Of a DNA stretch of 64,000 nucleotides, positions 39,068 through 47,745 are shown in pieces. Position 1 is the stretch's first letter. Each line of letters opens with the position of its first letter. A program made the position numbers and the translations under genes. Origin of the DNA: a virus. Under the pieces are notes generated by a model. That model did no database searches. It saw nothing but the letters and a program-made list of their open reading frames with translations, and was not told the DNA's origin. The DNA lies in the IMG/VR virus record IMGVR_UViG_3300036766_000548, positions 14,012 through 78,011 of that record; one strand, 5' to 3'.

Positions 39068-39351
39068 TGCCCACTACCACAACCACAACCACCGCTACTA
39101 CCGCCTCTATTTATATCACTAGAATTAATAATCTTTTTTTTACTCATGTTTTTAATAGGCTTGTCCTCACAATATTTATTATCGATAAAATGAATTAGTA
39201 AATCAAAACACTCATTAGATATGGCGCCGTCAATATGGAGCTGATTTATTCTTTTATACACATTTATTATACCATTTGTTTTTATGCTCTCTTTTATACT
39301 CGGTAGCCAGAATTCCATTTCTTCGTTCAATTCTCTTTCATTTGATTGCAT
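39061..39351 (-). CDS. 96-aa protein with Gly/Cys C-terminal tail (candidate radical SAM substrate)
   Basis: AAGGAG RBS before MQSNE; ends RGGSSGGCGCGSGHC. Confidence 0.65.
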   Translation of the reverse strand: MQSNERELNEEMEFWLPSIKESIKTNGIINVYKRINQLHIDGAISNECFDLLIHFIDNKYCEDKPIKNMSKKKIINSSDINRGGSSGGCGCGSGHC

Positions 39352-39364
39352 TTTTAGTACTCCT

Positions 39365-40150
39365 TTATATGATATTAATGCCTTGAATGGCACCATTTCC
39401 CATATTGTTTTTCTCAGAAATCGTATTTTTATTTATTGGTGATAACTTGATAAAAAATCTATTCTTGTCAAAAAGTCTCTTTAATTCTTCTATATCAAAA
39501 TCGCCTTCTTCAACCAATGTCATGTTAATAGTTGTTTTAAGATTGCTTTTGGTCCGTATATTGCTTAATTGTTCTAGTGTCATTTTATTTTTATATGGAA
39601 TAAGCCAATTTCGTTTTTCATTTTTAAGAGAATGCACGGATATTTGAAGGGTTATGTTGTCCTTTATCCAAGAAAAATCAGAACCAATAATGCCTATCGT
39701 AGAAATATAATGATGAGTTTTAGGATATTTTTCATCTATTTTAAATATAGCATCCTTTACATTATCTATATTTAGGAACGGTTCACCCATTCTAGTATAA
39801 TTTATCTTGTGTTCAAATGCTTCTTGAAAACGTTCAGTTCTTTTAGATAAAACAAATTCAACTTGTTCCACAATTTCTTGCGATGTAAGGTTCCTGTATT
39901 TTTTCATTGCACCCGTAGCACAAAATTTGCATCTAACTGGACATCCCGACATCGTAGAAACGCCAATCATCCAACGTTCTTTTCTACTCCCTATTTTTGT
40001 ATCATGAAGTATATTTTGTTTTTGTCCAATAGCATCTTTAGTATATGAAGGCAAAAATGTATCGGTTACCTCAATAAGAAAATTATCTTCTGTTTTTAAG
40101 GCATATACAATTCCATTTGCGAATTCTTTATGCTTAATTTCTGTCAACAT
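39365..40150 (-). CDS. RlmN/Cfr-like radical SAM core lacking its C-terminus
   Basis: VSTMSGCPVRCKFCATG..RNLT..EIVEQV, MGEPFLN, ISTIG, LQISVHS; no AACGQL; Gly at the C118-equivalent position. Confidence 0.85.
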   Translation of the reverse strand: MLTEIKHKEFANGIVYALKTEDNFLIEVTDTFLPSYTKDAIGQKQNILHDTKIGSRKERWMIGVSTMSGCPVRCKFCATGAMKKYRNLTSQEIVEQVEFVLSKRTERFQEAFEHKINYTRMGEPFLNIDNVKDAIFKIDEKYPKTHHYISTIGIIGSDFSWIKDNITLQISVHSLKNEKRNWLIPYKNKMTLEQLSNIRTKSNLKTTINMTLVEEGDFDIEELKRLFDKNRFFIKLSPINKNTISEKNNMGNGAIQGINII

Positions 40151-40240
40151 TTACCATCTCCTTATTCCATTTTCTACTATTCAATGTCGTAACCAAATCA
40201 TCCACATCTCCAGTATAATATCTCCAATAATCCCGCTTGT

Positions 40241-41215
40241 CTATTTTGTTATATTCCCTTGACCAATATCCTTTGCCTTATTATTATGATCTATACAAAC
40301 ATCCAAACAATTTTTTCTGCAAATAAGATCGTTATAAGTATTTGTTTTTTCAAACCATATTTTTCTTTCTTGTCTAATTTCTTTAATAGATTTCCCATAA
40401 ACATTCCCAATAGCTTCGCCTTGCTCGCGCATATAAATTACACAAGGAAAATGTTTTCCATGTAAAATAACCATATCATCTTTTACTAAATGGCATTTAT
40501 TGCAATCGGTTTCTTTCATGCCTCTAACATGCCTTCCATTATTTATATTATTGATCCTATATTTCAATATCTTATATTTTGTTTTTACGTTTATATTCAA
40601 ATAATGATTTGATTGTGCTGTAGGAATAATTCTAATATCTGATACTTTTAATTTAGTTGCAAATTCAATAATATTTTTCAATTCATCATTATTTTGTTTG
40701 TCCAATACCACCCCTACAGTTACATAAGTCAATTTAGATAATTCTTTTATAATCATCGCTATATGCTCAAAATGAGAATTGGTCCCTGCCATAATATCGG
40801 CAGTAGAAGAGCAACAGGCATCTAGCGAAATTGAAAAATCATTTATTCCGGCTTTGTGTAATTGCTTATAATATTCTAATTCTGCCGATCCATTTGTAGA
40901 AATAGCAATATGTTTAATACATTTTTTGCTTTTAGTGTATTGAACCAATTCTAATAAATCTTTCCATATAGTAGGCTCACCACCTGAAAATCTTATATTA
41001 TGTAAATTAGCAGAAGTCCAGATATCTACAATTTCTTTTGCTTGCTCTAAAGTTAAATCCCCTTGAAGGTCTTTTACTATCCCTCGGCAATAAGGACATT
41101 TGAAATTACAACGATTAGTCAATATCAATTCACACCGTTGTAAATCACTTTCCCAAGAAACGTTTTTTGCCCTTTTATCGGAAAGAGTATAAAATCCAAT
41201 ATCTTCAAGTTTCAA
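40241..41215 (-). CDS. MoaA-like radical SAM protein
   Basis: CNFKCPYC, IRFSGGEPT, ISTNG, SISLD; C-terminal Cys cluster. Confidence 0.85.
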   Translation of the reverse strand: MKLEDIGFYTLSDKRAKNVSWESDLQRCELILTNRCNFKCPYCRGIVKDLQGDLTLEQAKEIVDIWTSANLHNIRFSGGEPTIWKDLLELVQYTKSKKCIKHIAISTNGSAELEYYKQLHKAGINDFSISLDACCSSTADIMAGTNSHFEHIAMIIKELSKLTYVTVGVVLDKQNNDELKNIIEFATKLKVSDIRIIPTAQSNHYLNINVKTKYKILKYRINNINNGRHVRGMKETDCNKCHLVKDDMVILHGKHFPCVIYMREQGEAIGNVYGKSIKEIRQERKIWFEKTNTYNDLICRKNCLDVCIDHNNKAKDIGQGNITK

Positions 41216-42086
41216 TATTTAACTCCTTTCTAACTATATTTTCCTCATCCTTTGTATAATCACCAGGATCATGTTCAAACTCAGGATTGAATATTTCCAC
41301 TTCCACGCCTAATGCCGATAACTGCTCACCATATTTTCTCGCCCTATCCTGCGCCATTTTCTCATTGTCGAATAAAAATATAACTTTCTTGAATCGTTTG
41401 GAAAGTAGGTTTATTTGTTCCGGTGTAATTTCAATACCGAAAGAACAAGAAACATTATTGTGGCCTAATCTCCAACAATCGAATGGCCCTTCTACCAATA
41501 TTATATAGTTATTCATACAATTATCTAGGTTATATAGTATTTTTTTATTGGAAATAATTGCTTTATCTGTTTTTAAATTTCTATATCTAATTTCATTGTT
41601 TACAATTGTTCTCCCTAAGAATGTCACTAATTTATTTTGATAAAAAACTGGAATAATAATTCTAAAATTCCATTCTCCTATAATCCCTCCACCTTGTATT
41701 TTATATGTATCTACTAAATAATAAGGATCAAAATTCCTTTTAATCAAATATTTCCTTTCTTTTTCATTTAATATACTTCCAGGCAATTCAATATTATGTA
41801 TTTTACCTTGTGTTTTATTCAATTTATTCAATACTATTTTATCAATAGTATTTTCATTTAATAATATATTAAGATCATTAAACGACAAATTCAATAATTT
41901 TTGTAAAATATCCTTTGCATTTATTCCACCACATCGCCAACAATTATAATAAAATTCATTTAGATTAAATCCACCATGATATTTAGTATCATTACAATTT
42001 GGACAGCAAACATTTATCCATCCATTATCACCTACTTGATATTTTATTCCATATTGTTTGAACATACTAGGAAGATCAATTTTCAT
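41205..42086 (-). CDS. DNA primase (zinc finger + Toprim)
   Basis: CPNC...CWRC, LVEGPFD, FLFDNE, DPGD. Confidence 0.85.
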   Translation of the reverse strand: MKIDLPSMFKQYGIKYQVGDNGWINVCCPNCNDTKYHGGFNLNEFYYNCWRCGGINAKDILQKLLNLSFNDLNILLNENTIDKIVLNKLNKTQGKIHNIELPGSILNEKERKYLIKRNFDPYYLVDTYKIQGGGIIGEWNFRIIIPVFYQNKLVTFLGRTIVNNEIRYRNLKTDKAIISNKKILYNLDNCMNNYIILVEGPFDCWRLGHNNVSCSFGIEITPEQINLLSKRFKKVIFLFDNEKMAQDRARKYGEQLSALGVEVEIFNPEFEHDPGDYTKDEENIVRKELNIET

Positions 42087-42849
42087 TGTTCTTCCTTTTT
42101 GCTGCTTCTTTTCGTTCTCTAGTTTTACGTTTTGTTTCTTTTAATTTGTTTATAGATTCTTGTGTCCATACTCTACCTACGCCTCTTAATCCAATTATTC
42201 TTTTTTGTTCATCTGTTAAATGTTTATGTAATCTTAATTGCGCTTGTCTATTTTTTTCTATTTGTTCTGGAGTCTTTTTTCTGCCCTTTTGTGCATCGCT
42301 AATTTTCTTTTTAGTTTCCTCTGATACTGGATGACCTTTTATCCTTTGTGATAATTTCTTTTTGGCCTCTTCTGTATGATGTCTACCTAGATGAGCTAAT
42401 CTGTTTTTTTCTTTTGCTTCTTTAGATGGTTTCCATCCTAAATTTCTTAATCTAGATTTTTCACAAAACTCTTTTGATCTTTTTTGTCCTTTATTAGCTA
42501 TGCTTAATTTCTTTCTTGTAACTTCGTTGGGTATTCCTCCTGATCCACCGCCGTCCATAAGGTTATATCCATATTTGCTGTTTGTGCTTTTATATTCTTT
42601 AATCCAATATTTTTCTTTTCTATCTAATGTTCTTTTTGAGTAAGCAAAATCTATTGTAGCCCATTTGAAATTGTTTTTGCCATATTTTTTTAACGCCCTT
42701 TGAAAATAATAACCATCCCCTCTTTGAGCACTAGATAAATGCAATGATTTTCTTCTTCTTAATGTTCCAGTAGTTTGCCCAATATAAACTTTATCATTCA
42801 TGATGTTTCTAGCTCTGTAAATAATGCCATAAAGTTTCTTTTCTTTCAT
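42076..42849 (-). CDS. GIY-YIG homing endonuclease with NUMOD3 repeats
   Basis: GIIY...KVYIGQT, GYNL..GG, repeated SEETKKKIS-like units. Confidence 0.9.
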   Translation of the reverse strand: MKEKKLYGIIYRARNIMNDKVYIGQTTGTLRRRKSLHLSSAQRGDGYYFQRALKKYGKNNFKWATIDFAYSKRTLDRKEKYWIKEYKSTNSKYGYNLMDGGGSGGIPNEVTRKKLSIANKGQKRSKEFCEKSRLRNLGWKPSKEAKEKNRLAHLGRHHTEEAKKKLSQRIKGHPVSEETKKKISDAQKGRKKTPEQIEKNRQAQLRLHKHLTDEQKRIIGLRGVGRVWTQESINKLKETKRKTRERKEAAKRKNNEN

Positions 42850-42864
42850 AAATATTTGTTAAAT

Positions 42865-42981
42865 AAAAAACCATTAGTGAAGCGGGCTGGCAGGCCTTCA
42901 TAGGAATGCACGTTCCTATTCGCTTCACTAATGGCTCTATTTTCTCCGTGCAAAGTTTTAGATTAGTTACTGCCATAACTA
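42865..42981 (-). ncRNA. c4/CI-like structured leader RNA (three-way junction plus two upstream target boxes)
   Basis: 14-bp closing stem 42871-42884/42921-42934 with two inner hairpins; their loops are complementary to 42947-42952 and 42970-42975; U-tract follows. Confidence 0.65.
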
Positions 42982-43097
42982 TTCCATACATATAATATAT
43001 ACTCCTTTTGACAAAATGTAAAGTACCTTATCCATCCATCCACTTCTTGCTTGTAATCAATATTATTGTCTTTCAGCAGACGGATGAAATCAATCAT

Positions 43098-43394
43098 TTA
43101 CTTAATTTCAAAAATATCTTTAACATCTGGATGGGTAAAATTATCTGATTCTGTTGTTTTTTTAAACATCTTTTTATGATAATATTTACAACTTCTCAAT
43201 TCTGATATTGCACATGAAAAAGCAAAAATAGGGTTTAATTGTTTAAATTCCGGTTGATAATCTCTAGTCCTTTCTTCATGAAAAATAGCTCTACTAATCA
43301 ATTGATTATAAGCATTTTTATTTTTGCAATAACTAATAATTCCCATCATAGTAATATCATATGAATAATTTTTGCAGCTTTCACATACGCTCAT
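43098..43394 (-). CDS. Hypothetical protein
   Basis: 98-aa ORF with CxxC. Confidence 0.5.
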   Translation of the reverse strand: MSVCESCKNYSYDITMMGIISYCKNKNAYNQLISRAIFHEERTRDYQPEFKQLNPIFAFSCAISELRSCKYYHKKMFKKTTESDNFTHPDVKDIFEIK

Positions 43395-43398
43395 TTAA

Positions 43399-43782
43399 TT
43401 ACTCCTTTCCATTATCAAGAGGAAGCAATTCATTCCTAGTCGGTAGTTCCACCTTCGGCTTTGCCCTGCTCTTCCTTACCTTTGGTTTTGCCTCGATGAT
43501 CATATCAGCCACTGCCTCAATTTTCTCATCCTCGCATGAAGTGATCTTGGTAATATATTCTGTTACCTTCGCACGGCACTCATGATTCGGCAGAATGATA
43601 TATGACCCATTGCTAAATGTCTCCCACATAAGCTGGATGAGTTTATTGATGTCCGTCCTGCCATTAGCATCGGTGTACAGGTTTTCCACCTTCGCCCTCT
43701 GCAATGCCTTATAAAAATACTCCTCGGTGACATAGCCATAAACCTTGTGATTCGTCGGATCATTCATCTTCACTTCCATCAT
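43399..43782 (-). CDS. Hypothetical protein
   Basis: AAGGAG RBS, 127 aa. Confidence 0.6.
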   Translation of the reverse strand: MMEVKMNDPTNHKVYGYVTEEYFYKALQRAKVENLYTDANGRTDINKLIQLMWETFSNGSYIILPNHECRAKVTEYITKITSCEDEKIEAVADMIIEAKPKVRKSRAKPKVELPTRNELLPLDNGKE

Positions 43783-43794
43783 ATACTCCTTTGA

Positions 43795-44529
43795 TTAAAA
43801 ACCTTTATAAACATAAAATATTCCATCCTTATCCCACATATATCCATAACCCAATTTCCAGATTTCCCAAACTTTATTAAAAAAATCAATAGCTATTGAA
43901 TCTTCAGAAATAATAGATGCGGCTGACTCTGCGGCTGACTCTGCGGCTGACCATGCGGCTGACCTTGCGGCTGACCTTGCGGCTGACCATGTGGCTGACT
44001 CTGCGGCTGACCATGCGGCTGACCATGCGGCTGACCTTGCGGCTGACTTTGCGGCTGACTTTGCGGCTGACTTTGCGGCTGACCATGCGGCTGACTTTGC
44101 GGCTGACCATGCGGCTGACTCTGCGGCTGACCATGCGGCTGACCTTGCGGCTTCATAAGTATCAAACACTTTCCAATTTTCTTTTATCTCGCCATGATTA
44201 TCAAACCATTTTACATTCTTGATGTCATTTATGAATTTCTGAGCATTCAACCACCATTCATTTTTAATATTACCTTTTGCATCATACCTTACGCCAGCAA
44301 CACCAAAGCATTTTGCCATCTTATCCATATGGCCATCATTTATTCTTTTAGCAATCTGTACGGGAACCTTTTGCCAATTCTCATGGTGAGTACCAGCAAT
44401 TCCATAATATTTTTCTATTGCTGAATGTCCGATAGCATCTTCAAATTCAAGTCCTTTGGCCTCGATGATGTCATCTTCAAGCCAATACAATTTCCGTCCT
44501 ACTGATACCCAAGAACAAAAATCGCACAT
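43795..44529 (-). CDS. Protein with (SAAX)n repeat tract
   Basis: AGGAGG RBS; unique N- and C-termini flank the repeat. Confidence 0.75.
   Translation of the reverse strand: MCDFCSWVSVGRKLYWLEDDIIEAKGLEFEDAIGHSAIEKYYGIAGTHHENWQKVPVQIAKRINDGHMDKMAKCFGVAGVRYDAKGNIKNEWWLNAQKFINDIKNVKWFDNHGEIKENWKVFDTYEAARSAAWSAAESAAWSAAKSAAWSAAKSAAKSAAKSAARSAAWSAAWSAAESATWSAARSAARSAAWSAAESAAESAASIISEDSIAIDFFNKVWEIWKLGYGYMWDKDGIFYVYKGF
43919..44152. repeat. 12-bp coding tandem repeat, 19.5 units
   Basis: GCGGCTGAC(TCT/CAT/CTT/TTT) units. Confidence 0.95.
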
Positions 44530-44563
44530 TCAAAATACCTCCTATAAAATAACTTCTGATCTA

Positions 44564-44902
44564 TTATATATTAACTTTAAGTTTTTTCCTCTCACAAATG
44601 AAATATTCTGAAAGTATTTTTATTATCTCCTCCTTGTTCTGCCAAATATCATTTTGAATAATTGCCCTTTCGATCTTTCGGCACTCGTCATATCGATGCA
44701 ATGGCCGCATGGCATTCCTGATGCTTGGCCAAAAATCAAAGCCAGTTTTCCAATGCCGAGATATCTTCAATACAGGCTTTTCATATACTTTTACTTCTTC
44801 AACCTTATTTCGCTTTTGTATCCTGCCCATTCGCATTTTGTCTTTTTGCTCTTGAGATAATACAAATCCTTTTGGTCTACCCATTTTCATGCCTCCATGC
44901 AA
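44564..44902 (-). CDS. Hypothetical basic protein
   Basis: GRPKG..LSQEQKDKM N-terminus. Confidence 0.55.
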   Translation of the reverse strand: MHGGMKMGRPKGFVLSQEQKDKMRMGRIQKRNKVEEVKVYEKPVLKISRHWKTGFDFWPSIRNAMRPLHRYDECRKIERAIIQNDIWQNKEEIIKILSEYFICERKKLKVNI

Positions 44903-45510
44903 AAAGAATCTTTATTAGACTCTTGCCACCACAATTTTATCTCTTGCCATGTCCTTAGTATCCTTGAATTTTTCCAACCCCTCAAACCATATATTTCCTT
45001 TATATGTGAAAATCTCGGTATCCAGTTCTTTTCTACATCTTCCCATTCCCGCGATAAAATATATTGTAAAATGTCCTTTGCATCGCCTGACAAGGAAATT
45101 TCATAATCCATTTTATCCAATACTTTTTCAAATATGGAATAATCATAAATTGTCGCATCATCAGTATATAAGCGATTAATATAAATATTATGCCCATATC
45201 CCCTAACCTTTGGATGCTTAATACGTTGTACTGATTTCAGATTGTTTCTATGTTCATTTTTACAATATCTATCTAATCTATTTAATTCTCCATAAAGATA
45301 TGTAGCAAAAGATGCTTTAGTTGGATCGAGTTTTTCTAGCGCCTCGCAAAAAATCAAATACCCTTGCCCTTCGATTTCCGAAAAATCAAGATGATATTTT
45401 TTTGAATATTCCCATGCCGCCTTCTCGACCATCGGGCGGAATTGGTTGAATTGCCTTGTAGAATATTCTTTTGTTATCATTTTTCTATGATCCAACCTAA
45501 AAACAACCAT
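44887..45510 (-). CDS. Sigma-70 region 2-like transcription factor (probable start 45480)
   Basis: EIEGQGYLIFCEALEKLDPTKASFATYL resembles sigma region 2. Confidence 0.65.
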   Translation of the reverse strand: MVVFRLDHRKMITKEYSTRQFNQFRPMVEKAAWEYSKKYHLDFSEIEGQGYLIFCEALEKLDPTKASFATYLYGELNRLDRYCKNEHRNNLKSVQRIKHPKVRGYGHNIYINRLYTDDATIYDYSIFEKVLDKMDYEISLSGDAKDILQYILSREWEDVEKNWIPRFSHIKEIYGLRGWKNSRILRTWQEIKLWWQESNKDSFCMEA

Positions 45511-45811
45511 CTATATATTTTGGGATAACCTTGTCTATATCCAATTTTATTCAGCATAACGGGCTTCCAATACCAATTATGTGCATTGACAAACCAATTC
45601 ATAAAATGAAATTCGATATGCTTCATTCGACTTCCTCCATTGAAGGTATTTCATTCTCAGAAAAAATAATACTTGCTCTTGAAATCGGAACTGAAGCAAT
45701 TATATGTTTTGTTGCATTATATATATTGATCTTGCCATTTTCATTCCTTATATCAAAAGCCATAAAGACGATCCCGGTTTCCTTATCCATTACTTTCAAT
45801 TCATCACTCCT

Positions 45812-46033
45812 TTATTCAAACTTGGTGGAAATCCTACCTTCACGCCACATCTCAAAAAGTCTATTCTTTATCTTGTTCTCGCAAAGCTCCAATTCGTGTT
45901 TCATGAAATCGTGTTCATCCTCGGAACATGCTGCCAAGTCATCCCTTGCGACAAAATATCTTTTTACCATCTTCCCAAAAGATATTTCAGAATCTGCCTT
46001 TTCAATATGCCCCATGGCGTAATTCTTACTCAT
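45812..46033 (-). CDS. Hypothetical protein
   Basis: AAGGAG RBS, 73 aa. Confidence 0.5.
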   Translation of the reverse strand: MSKNYAMGHIEKADSEISFGKMVKRYFVARDDLAACSEDEHDFMKHELELCENKIKNRLFEMWREGRISTKFE

Positions 46034-46332
46034 TTATTTCTCCTTGCACAATCCTTCTTGGCTTCTTCCGTAGTCAATGCTATTTTCCGTTTCTTGTAGT
46101 CGTCTTTTTCAGAATAAAAAACAGGATAAGGACGCGGATCGTCATTGGACATATAATATCCAACAATCATCGGAGATTTTTCTTTTTTGATCATTTTGTA
46201 TTTGCACCATGAAGTTGCCATATAGCAATGGCAAAAGTAAGTTCAGTTTTGGAAATCTCGTCCCGATGAAATGCCTGGAAATAATACTTCAACTCTTCAT
46301 AGCTCATAATAACTCCTATCAATTAAATCTAT

Positions 46333-46407
46333 TAGCTCCAGTCAGATTTGAACTGACACTGAATGGATTTTAAGTCCATTGCCTACTGCCAATTGGGCTA
46401 TGGAGCC
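46333..46407 (-). tRNA. tRNA-Leu(TAA), short variable loop, no encoded CCA
   Basis: GGCTCCA/TGGAGCT acceptor stem, ATGGA-CTTAAAA-TCCAT anticodon arm, GTCAG-TTCAAAT-CTGAC T arm. Confidence 0.9.
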
Positions 46408-46799
46408 ATAAAAATCTATTTTTGCATCCGCCACATCTTATAATCATCTATGGTGTCAAAAAACATCCATCCGCCAGAGACTTTGATGATCTTTGCCCAG
46501 TCATGACCGGCCCTCTGTAATGCCTCTTCCCTAGTATCAGCCTCGATGAACTTCATTTGGTCCTCCTATAAAAAGACTATTGGCAAGGCGAAGAGCATCA
46601 ATGCTAGTCGGGGCTTCTTGGACGATTGTCCCGAGTCCATGCCACGCGGGCTGTTTGAAAAGAAAGCAAGTCTCTACATTAGCGCTCATTAGTGACTCCT
46701 TTTGAATCCTTAATCTTCTTCGTGCAAAGCTTCAATGCCATGCAGCCCCGACAGCCGCGCAAATGCCTCCGTTCGCAATCAGTTTTGATTTTCATTTAT

Positions 46800-47003
46800 T
46801 TATACGGATTTTAGTTGACCACTATCGGCATCATAAATCTTATTTACTGTAAGGTTATAAATCGAAATGCGATATGGTTCATAACCTTTATCAATTAGTC
46901 TTTGACGATCCTGGAGAGCTTCGCTTAAATCTGAATCCCAATAAAACTTATCTTCCAGTTCCATTACGCAACTTTCCGCCGTAACCAAATAATTCTTATA
47001 CAT
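46800..47003 (-). CDS. Hypothetical early protein
   Basis: Directly follows the type 1 cassette. Confidence 0.6.
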   Translation of the reverse strand: MYKNYLVTAESCVMELEDKFYWDSDLSEALQDRQRLIDKGYEPYRISIYNLTVNKIYDADSGQLKSV

Positions 47004-47007
47004 TCCG

Positions 47008-47044
47008 TCCTCCTATCAATCAACCTTAATAATAGTATATCATA
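47008..47044 (-). promoter_or_regulatory. Repeated promoter+RBS cassette, type 1
   Basis: 36/37 identical to 17138-17174 (TATACT versus TATAAT). Confidence 0.75.
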
Positions 47045-47122
47045 AAATAGAAACAATAAAATATAAAACATAGCAAATAATCATTTATTCTAACTATTTG
47101 CTACGATTTTACTTAACAGACG

Positions 47123-47461
47123 TTAAGCAGAAACGATAACTCCTAAAATCTCGTTGTTATTAATTAGGCTCTCATCAGGATCGCAATATACCTCATGAGC
47201 GTTATGGCATCGTCCGCGGAGAAGAAAAACATATTTACCATATTTCTTCGCCCTGGCTATTTTGTTAATAATTTGATCGGAAAAATCGAGCTTGAAACAA
47301 GAAATTCCGTCAAGTTCAAACTCAGATTCTTCGTCACCGTGATAGTGCGAATTGGCAAAAGAAACTTCAGGGACATAATCATCGCCGCGAATTGCGAAAT
47401 CGTCAAAAGAATCGGCGCTATCAATAATTGTAATGGCCTCCGAAACCGTCAACTCTTTCAT
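47123..47461 (-). CDS. Hypothetical acidic protein
   Basis: AGGAG RBS, own promoter-like region. Confidence 0.6.
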   Translation of the reverse strand: MKELTVSEAITIIDSADSFDDFAIRGDDYVPEVSFANSHYHGDEESEFELDGISCFKLDFSDQIINKIARAKKYGKYVFLLRGRCHNAHEVYCDPDESLINNNEILGVIVSA

Positions 47462-47656
47462 TTTCGTCTCCTAAGCAATCCTTGATAATCCAATTATAAA
47501 GTATATTCTCAAATTGAAAAGCCACAAAATAAACAATTCTTTAGCTAAATTGATTATTTAGCCTTAATTTGCCTATACGAATGTTAAGTTAATTTTTTAT
47601 AGCTTTTGCTTGTCTTGACTAGGAATCGGTAGAAACTATTCCTCTAAAACCGTCAG

Positions 47657-47688
47657 AAACCCATTAAATCATTTGACTATGACGTTTT
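47657..47688. repeat. Dispersed repeat, copy 2 (inverted relative to 15139-15170)
   Basis: AAACCCATTAAATCATTTGA-N4-GACGTTTT. Confidence 0.75.
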
Positions 47689-47745
47689 ATAGCCTATCCC
47701 GATACTTTCCTAGTGGTATGGCTGGAAAATAGATCCTGGAAATGA

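Noticed and set aside
38257-39364. Self-splicing intron interrupting the RlmN-like gene
   Set aside because: The interval is filled by two ordinary ORFs with no room for a ribozyme core and no homing endonuclease or RT. The downstream piece has its own SD and ATG. Not formally excluded without RT-PCR.
42809-42991. 60-aa minus-strand ORF over the structured leader
   Set aside because: No clear RBS, and the sequence is explained by RNA structure; a leader peptide role cannot be excluded.
43893-44222. Alternative-frame ORFs (PQSQ, VSRK, MRLT repeats) and a possible CRISPR-like array
   Set aside because: By-products of the stop-free 12-bp tandem repeat; no spacers; only the SAAX frame has an RBS and unique flanks.
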